From positions 1-13,889 of the forward strand of contig CAWDGJ010000005.1 in assembly GCA_963801815.1 (NCBI GenBank): DNA of 13,889 nt. Direction: 5' to 3'. This DNA comes from an uncultured Verrucomicrobiae bacterium. GTDB lineage: Bacteria; Verrucomicrobiota; Verrucomicrobiia; Chthoniobacterales; UBA10450. A program made the position numbers and the translations under genes. The notes beneath the pieces were generated by a model. It made no database searches, was not told where the DNA came from, and worked only from the letters and a program-made list of their open reading frames with translations. Positions 7,417-13,889 of this stretch are shown here, one piece after another; within the stretch, counting starts at the first letter, position 1; each line of letters opens with the position of its first letter.

Positions 7417-8115
7417 TCACGTGAGTTGCTCGGGTTTTACTGCTCTCGCGTAACCCGAATACTCACAGGGTATTTGGAGCCGCGCCAAATGCGTCGCGTA
7501 CATGGCTATCAGCGCGCCTAAGACGCTACCGGCGATGACATCGCTGACAAAATGATAATTCATCGCCACAAGGCTCACGAGCATCGGAGCGGCGAGCACC
7601 GTCGCTACAATTCGGGTGCCTGGCATCGCAATCATCCAAACCCCGGCGAAACCCAGAATTCGGCAGGCGTGCCCTGACGGAAAACTGCCGATGTCGTCGC
7701 CGCGCTGAAACGGGTGGAAACCGTATGTCCCCGTGCCGATGAGCGATGGATTATCATGGGTCCACGTCTCCGGCCAATACCGGCCGAAAACATCGCCTAA
7801 CGAGATACGGAAATCATCGGCGACGATCAAGCTGATACAGGCGACCATGAGCACTTTCTGCCACCGCAAAAACGGCCCCCACGCGCGTCGAATTATCAGG
7901 ATCGTCAACATCAAGGCCGCCCAATTCTGCACTTCCGGCGGCGGATACGTGAGCCAGCGAAAGACTTCGATCTTGTTGATGTGATGGTCATAAACAAAGA
8001 AGGCGACGCCGCGATCAACCCAGAAATAACAGATCACCACCGCAACAATGCACGAACCCGTTGCCATTAAGCTGTGCCGTAGCAAACTGCGATACTCTTC
8101 GTCCTGAGCCGTCAT
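7417..8115 (-). CDS. PAP2-family membrane phosphatase
   Basis: Multiple TM segments. Motifs FGRYWP, SFPSGH and YHFVSDVIAGSVLG. Overlaps the pfkB stop by 4 bp. Confidence 0.85.
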   Translation of the reverse strand: MTAQDEEYRSLLRHSLMATGSCIVAVVICYFWVDRGVAFFVYDHHINKIEVFRWLTYPPPEVQNWAALMLTILIIRRAWGPFLRWQKVLMVACISLIVADDFRISLGDVFGRYWPETWTHDNPSLIGTGTYGFHPFQRGDDIGSFPSGHACRILGFAGVWMIAMPGTRIVATVLAAPMLVSLVAMNYHFVSDVIAGSVLGALIAMYATHLARLQIPCEYSGYARAVKPEQLT

Positions 8116-9036
8116 TCCGGCGGCGCCTCAAACTGGCTCATCAGTTTGAATGTCTCGTAGCGTTTTGCGATTTCCTCCATTGATAGACTGCGCAAACGCT
8201 CGAGGCTGAATGCTTCCACGCAAAAGCTGGCCAGCACGCTTCCGTAGATCATTGCTTTGCGCAGATCATTGAAGTGCACTTTTTTCACTGTGCCCGCGAG
8301 ATATCCGGCCATGCCGCCGGCGAATGTGTCCCCTGCCCCGGTTGGATCGTGAATGTCTTCCAGCGGATACGCGCCACAACTGAAGAACTGATCTTCCTGG
8401 CCGAAGAGCAGTGCGCCGTGCTCACCTTTCTTGATGGCGACATGCGCTCGGCCCCATTTTCTGAATGCGACGACCGGCCTTGATTAGACTCGTTTCCTTC
8501 GTCATTTCGCGCGCCTCGCTGTCGTTCAGAATGAGAAGATCAACGCGCCGAAGCAGCGCGTCGAGATCCGCCCTGGCGGTCTCGATCCAAAGATCCATCG
8601 TGTCGGCAACAACGAAGCGCGGACGCTCCATTTGATCGAGCACATGCGCTTGCAGCGAGGGCGCGATGTTGGCGAGCAAAACGAAATCGGTCTCGGCGAT
8701 ACGGCTTCGGCAACACCGGTTTGAAATGTTCGAAAACGTTGAGCGCGATCGAACGGGTCTCGCGCGTGTTCAGATCCCACGAATATTCGCCCGACCAGCG
8801 GAACGTCTTGCCGTTCACTCGTTGCACACCCTGCGGTGTCGATCTTGCGCGACTTCCAGAAATCGAATTCCGAATTCGGGAAAGTCATCCCCTACGACGC
8901 CGACTAGCCGAACCGGAGAAAAGAAACTTGCCGCCAGTGCGGCGTAGGAAGCCGAGCCGCCTAACAACTCGGAATGTTCCTCCACCGGAGTCTTGACCGT
9001 GTCGATTGCGATGGAACCAACGACGAGGACGGACAT
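8112..9036 (-). CDS. PfkB/ribokinase-family carbohydrate kinase; about 4 frameshifts, probably sequencing errors
   Basis: MSVLVVGSIAIDTV..LGGSASYAALAASFF, GKTFRWSGEY, LANIAPSLQ, DTMDLWI, LNDSEA, IKKGEHGA, and signature DPTGAGDTFAGG (~8345-8313). Confidence 0.88.
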
Positions 9037-9062
9037 GATCAGAATGACGAATGGCTCCGCCG

Positions 9063-9135
9063 CGTTGAATCGTTGAATCGTTGAATCGTTGAATCGCAAT
9101 TCCGATGTAACGATGTAACCATGTAACGAATCACG
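9063..9135. repeat. Inverted pair of 8-bp tandem arrays: (CGTTGAAT)x4 and (CGATGTAA)x~3.5
   Basis: Perfect CGTTGAAT x4 at 9063-9094. CGATGTAA CGATGTAA CCATGTAA CGAATCA at 9103-9133. The reverse complement ATTCAACG matches ATGTAACG at 6/8. Confidence 0.85.
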
Positions 9136-9154
9136 CTGATGTTATGATCGTCAT

Positions 9155-9785
9155 TTACGCCAGCATATCGGTGGCGCAGCGCGCGTAATCAACAATGTTG
9201 TGCGCCTTGAGCAAAGCTGAAACCATCACGACGCGCTTCGCACCGGCATCGATCACACTCTGCAAATTGTCGATGTTGATTCCGCCGATGCAGAAAATCG
9301 GCAGCCTCACTTCGGCATGCACGCGTCTAATATCGGCAAGGCCGATCGGCGTATAGTCGGGTTTTGTCGGCGTGGCGAAGATCGGGCCGAACCCGATGTA
9401 ATCCGCGCCTTCGCGTTGCGCGGCGCGCGCTTGTTCAAGGCTGTGCGTGGATTTTCCGACAAGAACGTCGCGCCCTGCTTTGCGTCGCACGACTTGGATC
9501 GAATCGTCATCCTGACCGACGTGCACGCCTTCGAGCGGAACCCGGCTGGCGATTTCGGCATGATCGTTCACGATCAGCGGATGTGGAAGATTTCACTGTC
9601 AGCTCGTGCAGCGCAGCCGCGAGATCGACAAGTTCCAGGATTGATCTCCCTTTTCCACGCAGCTGAATGAGATCGACGCCGCCCTCGATCATTTGCTCGA
9701 CAACGCGGCCGGCATCGGAAGGTTCGACGTAGCCGAGGTCAATGATCCCGTAGAGACGGCAATCCAGTGTAAGACCTGTAGCCAT
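9155..9785 (-). CDS. thiE: Thiamine-phosphate synthase; one frameshift near 9580
   Basis: [65 protein letters not shown]. Confidence 0.92.
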
Positions 9786-9824
9786 ATCGTTGTGTCAGCG
9801 TTCGCTCTACAGCAAATTGCACGT

Positions 9825-11211
9825 TCAGTCACGCAAACGAAGCGGCCGGGATGCCAGATTAAGTTTGCCCGCTGAAACGCAGGCGCTCGATTAAGCCGGT
9901 GTCGTAATTTCCGTCCCGAAAATCGCCATTGCGCATCATGGCGGCATGAAACGGCACCGTGGTTTTGATGCCGGTGATGTAATACTCGTCCAACGCACGG
10001 CGCATTCGATCGATGGCGTTGATGCCGTGTCGAGCCGACGGTGATTATTTTTGCGATCAGCGAGTCGTAGTAGGGCGGCACGGTGTAGCCGGTATAGACA
10101 TGTGAGTCGATTCGAACACCGCGGCCACCGGGCGCATAATAGAAATCGATGCGGCCCGGCGTCGGTTGAAAATCGTTCGCCGGATCTTCGGCGTTGATGC
10201 GGCATTGAATGGCATGAAGGCGCGGGACTGCACGCGCGACATGATGCGAAAGCGGTTCGCCAGCGGCGATCCGGATCTGCTCTTTTACGAGATCGCAGCC
10301 ATAGACCTCCTCGGTGATCGTGTGCTCGACCTGAATGCGCGTGTTCATTTCCATGAAATAAAAATGTCTGTCCTGATCGACCAGGAATTCGATCGTTCCC
10401 GCGTTCTCGTAGCCGACAGACTTGGCCAGTTTCACGGCGGCATTTCCCATCTTTTTGCGAAGACCCGGCGTCATGAGCGGTGACGGACATTCTTCGATCA
10501 CCTTCTGGTTGCGGCGTTGGATCGAGCAATCGCGTTCGCCGAGATGCACGATGTGGCCATGGCTGTCGGCCATGATCTGGAATTCGATGTGGTGCGGATT
10601 GACGATGAGCTTTTCCAGGTAAACTTGATCATTGCCAAACGCTTTCTCGGCTTCATGACGGGCGGTGTGAAAGCCGATTGCAAGACTGGGCTCATTATGC
10701 GCGACACGCATCCCGCGGCCGCCGCCGCCGGCCGCCGCCTTGATCATCACCGGATAACCGATTTGTTTGGCGATTTTCATCGCGTCTTTTTCGGTCTCGA
10801 CGATTCCATCGCTTCCGGGGGTGATGGGTACGCCGGCTTTGCGCGCAGCGGCGCGGCAGCGTTCTTGTCGCCCATTGCCTGCATCGCCCGCGAGGGCGGG
10901 CCGATGAACTTGATGTTGCAGCTTTCGCAGACTTCGGCGAAATGCGCGTTCTCCGCGAGGAAACCGTAGCCGGGATGAATCGCGTCGACGTCGGCGATCT
11001 CGGCGGCGCTGATGATCCGATCGATTCTCAAATAACTTTCCGAGCTCGGAGCGGCGCCGATGCAGATCGATTCATCGGCCAGCTGGACGTGCAGCGAATC
11101 GACGTCAGCCTCCGAATAGACCGCCAGGGTGCGAATGCCCAGTTCTTTGCACGCGCGAATGATCCGCAGCGCGATCTCTCCGCGATTAGCAATCAGGACT
11201 TTTTCAAACAT
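9825..11211 (-). CDS. accC: Acetyl-CoA carboxylase biotin carboxylase subunit; frameshifts near 10855 and 10025
   Basis: [95 protein letters not shown]. The stop is at 9859 as read, or at 9825 if there is one more indel. Confidence 0.93.
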
Positions 11212-11226
11212 GTGGGACGCGCGATT

Positions 11227-11253
11227 CGGCGCGCTCGGCAGTAGCGCCCTACC
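11227..11253 (-). repeat. Single degenerate GTAG-type REP between accB and accC
   Basis: Reverse complement GGTAG-GGCGCTACTGCCGAGCGCGCCG: a GTAG foot followed by an imperfect GC-rich palindrome. Confidence 0.5.
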
Positions 11254-11262
11254 ATGCTTGGT

Positions 11263-11725
<463 letters not shown>

Positions 11726-11805
11726 TGTCGCTTTTGGTTAAGGCTGAGGCGCTTTAGCTTAAAGCAGTTTTGCAGCAGAACGTCAAGCACCGGCTGCAGC
11801 GTGTC

Positions 11806-11886
11806 CAGTATTGAGTGATGGAGTAATGACTCTTTGAACCCGGGCGCGTTCGCTACTCCATTACTTCATTACTCCAACACTCCATT
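11806..11886. repeat. Inverted pair of 8-bp tandem arrays (GAGTAATG / TACTCCAT)
   Basis: Left AGTATTG AGTGATGG AGTAATGA (11807-11829). Right CTACTCCA TTACTTCA TTACTCCA ACACTCCA TT (11853-11886). Confidence 0.82.
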
Positions 11887-12719
11887 TTGAAATCGTCGAT
11901 GAGACCGATGACTACGTCGTCGTGGATAAGCCGCCGTTTCTTCTGGTTCACCCGACAAAACCGAATGGCGCACCGACTCTGTGGAAACAATTACGTGAGC
12001 TGCTCGCATTCGAGATCGCCAGCGGCGGACAGGTTTCGATCGTGAACAGACTCGACCGCGAAACGAGCGGACTGGTGCTGGTTGCAAAGACCGCCGCGGC
12101 CGCGCGCAATTTTGGGCTCTTGATGCAGCGGCACCGCATGCGCAAAGAATACGTTGCAATCGTTTGGGGCTGGCCGGAATGGGAGCACAAAATCGTCGAC
12201 GCTCCTTTGGATCGTCAGGGTAAACATCAACACTCGGCGATCTGGCTCAAACAAACGATTCACTCTGCGGGCGCATCGGCGCAGACGGAATTTTATGTTG
12301 AGCGTTGCTTTACCAGATCGGCATCGACTGATCTGTCTGGTTTGCATGGAGGTTCATTCGACCCTCACCTTCATCCTCTCCCTGGCCAGGGAGAGGAAGT
12401 CCCGAAGCGACAGGTGAGGGCTGGTGAGAAAAAGTTCGCTTTGATTCGCGCTATTCCGCAGACCGGCAGGACTCATCAGGTTCGTGTGCATTTGAGTTCA
12501 CTTGGTCATCCGATCGTCGGCGACAAAATCTACGGCCCTGACGAGCGGCTTTATTTGCGTTTTATCGAAACCGGATGGACTCCCGAGCTACAGGAGAAAC
12601 TCCTCCTGCCACGCCATGCTTTGCACTCAGCGAAACTGGCAATCGAAGGCGAGCACGAATGGACCAGTGCGCCCTCTCATGATCTTGTTGAATTCTGTAG
12701 TGGCGACTCATCGAGATGA
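11834..12719 (+). CDS. RluA-family pseudouridine synthase without S4 domain, with an in-frame palindrome insertion
   Basis: FEIVDETDDYVVVDKPPFLLVHP, catalytic VNRLDRETSG, KEYVAIVWG, TGRTHQVRVH, GHPIVGDKIYG, RHALHS. Homology extends upstream of the called GTG 11922. Probable start is TTG 11834 (GGAG at 11820-11823), which needs one fewer T in the run at 11885-11888. The start is uncertain. Confidence 0.85.
12362..12420. repeat. CCCTCACCT...AGGTGAGGG palindromic element inside the coding sequence
   Basis: 9-bp terminal inverted repeat (12362-12370 / 12412-12420) enclosing the perfect 22-bp palindrome CCTCTCCCTGGCCAGGGAGAGG (12375-12396). Confidence 0.88.
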
Positions 12720-12760
12720 ACACCGCACGCAAGAGGCCGCGGTCGATAGTGCGCCGCTAT
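12697..12760. repeat. Degenerate inverted GTAG-type repeat overlapping the RluA stop
   Basis: Left GTAGTGGCGACTCATCGA (12697-12714). Reverse complement of right (12743-12760) is ATAGCGGCGCACTATCGA. Confidence 0.55.
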
Positions 12761-12849
12761 GGGATTGCCCGCTCCTGGGTACGGTGCTCACAAAGCGCCG
12801 CAACAGACAATTGCAAGACAATGACCGACCAGTATCGTAGGCGCTCCGG

Positions 12850-13462
12850 ATGAAAGCTCTCCGCATCTGCATTGGTTGCGTCGCCCTTTCGATCTGCTCG
12901 CAAATGTTCGCCGGTGTTGAAAGGCAGGTGAGCATCGCCCCCAGCGATGAACTCAATCCGGACCGAATCGAATTCGCACTCGAGACCGGCTACCTATTTG
13001 GCGCGATTAATCCGCCCGCGGATTATCAAATTGGAGCGCTATTTCTGACAGAACGCATCCGCTGGGGCGTCATTCGAACCGATAGCTGGCTGCGCGGTTA
13101 TCATCAGTTCTATATCAGCGCCATCGCGGAGCCGATTTTCAAAGGAATCGAGAATCACTACTTCGGATTCAACGTTGGCTTTCGTTACAACTTCGTTCAG
13201 CCGACACTCGCGATTCCTTCCTTATTTTTCCGGCGGCGTCGGCGTCGGTTGGATCGATAGTCACGCGGAAGTTTCGGGCGGCCAAGGGCAGGATTTCACG
13301 TTCAATATTTTATCGGCGGCGGGCATTTCCTACATGGTGAATGACCATTGGAAGCTGGATGTAGGCGCGCTTTACCAGCATTTGTCCAACGGCGGACAAA
13401 CAGATCCTAATCCAAGTCTGAACCTGTTCGGGCCGCAAGTGGGTGCGAGCTATTCGTTTTGA
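12850..13462 (+). CDS. Acyloxyacyl hydrolase / PagL-like lipid A 3-O-deacylase outer-membrane beta-barrel; frameshift near 13205
   Basis: Signal peptide MKALRICIGCVALSICSQMFA, alternating beta-strands (GFRYNF, PYFSGGVGVG), GQDFTFN, catalytic YQHLSNGG, PNPSLN, terminal aromatic SYSF. Confidence 0.82.
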
Positions 13463-13474
13463 CTTGCTTTTCTC

Positions 13475-13540
13475 CATGTTGAGCGAAGCGAAACATCTCC
13501 GGAGGACAAACACAGATTCTTCGCTTCGCTCAGAATGACA
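13475..13540. repeat. Palindromic intergenic repeat of the GTCATTCTGAGCGAAGCGAAGAATCT type
   Basis: Left CATGTTGAGCGAAGCGAAACATCT (13475-13498). Right AGATTCTTCGCTTCGCTCAGAATGACA (13514-13540). The core TGAGCGAAGCGAA / TTCGCTTCGCTCA is perfectly complementary. Confidence 0.82.
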
Positions 13541-13556
13541 GTGGGTTTGGCTTGTA

Positions 13557-13889
13557 ATGAATCCGCCGGAAAATATTCTGGTCATCAGACGCGGTTTGTT
13601 TGATCAACTGGGCACTTTTCAAGGCCTCAGCTTGGAGCCGGAGAAGTATCGGAAGCACGATTCTCTCACGCGGGAACAATTTTTTTATTCCGCGGACCCG
13701 GGCCGAGATCGATCCCACGTTCAAGCAGATCATTCCGTACGCGCTGATCGTGTTCGAAACTAAGTGCTCCACTACGTGCGCGGCAAGAAAGCGGGCGAGC
13801 AACGATTGGTGGCGAAAGGTTCGATCGGCATTGGTGGGCACATGGCAGAAGATGCCGACAGATTTCTGTGGCATTCGACTGACGAGGAG
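13557..13889 (+). CDS. Predicted NUDIX-family phosphoesterase (COG4112/YmaB-like), 5' part only, frameshifted near 13655 and 13763
   Basis: Joined translation ENILVIRRGLFDQLGTFQG..FFIPRTRAEIDPTFKQIIPYALI..VLHYVRGKKAGEQRLVAKGSIGIGGHM matches the AE.DP.FKQ.IPY / E.RL....SIG.GGH pattern. Runs off the window end. Confidence 0.78.

Noticed and set aside
6306..8115. tRNA-Arg as an integration site for an island carrying the SNase and PAP2 genes
   Set aside because: No integrase, no duplicated tRNA 3' end seen in the window, and the genes are tightly coupled to pfkB.
9063..9135. Tandem arrays as a CRISPR array
   Set aside because: Units are 7-8 bp with no unique spacers, and there are no cas genes.
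11826..11837. ATG-ACT-CTT-TGA in frame with the second RluA gene, suggesting stop readthrough, selenocysteine or a prfB-like CTT-TGA shift
   Set aside because: It lies within repeat-derived sequence upstream of the conserved domain. One extra T in the run at 11885-11888 with a TTG start explains the frame more simply.

Overview
A bacterial chromosomal housekeeping region, probably Verrucomicrobiota (Chthoniobacterales-like; inferred from protein style and repeat types, not verified). It encodes, in order: a ClpX-like AAA+ ATPase (-), RluD-like pseudouridine synthase (+), a heavily disrupted four-helix-bundle gene missing from the ORF track (-), MaoC dehydratase (-), DUF5069 protein (+), pterin-4a-carbinolamine dehydratase (-), a GT-B-like glycosyltransferase (-), tRNA-Arg(ACG) (+), a minus-strand run accB-accC-thiE-pfkB kinase-PAP2 phosphatase-SNase/ComEA fusion, then a second RluA-family synthase, a PagL-like acyloxyacyl hydrolase and a partial NUDIX-like phosphoesterase (+). 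Many genes, including essential accB/accC, carry frameshifts, most likely long-read indel errors. The most unusual signal is non-coding. Most gene junctions carry a small repeat element: (i) five pairs of INVERTED arrays of degenerate 7-8 bp tandem units, each with a different unit, four 'empty' and one bracketing the four-helix-bundle gene; (ii) GTAG-type REPs; (iii) a CCCTCACC/CCTCTCCC palindrome, one copy inserted in-frame in the second RluA gene; (iv) a GAGCGAAGCGAA palindrome.
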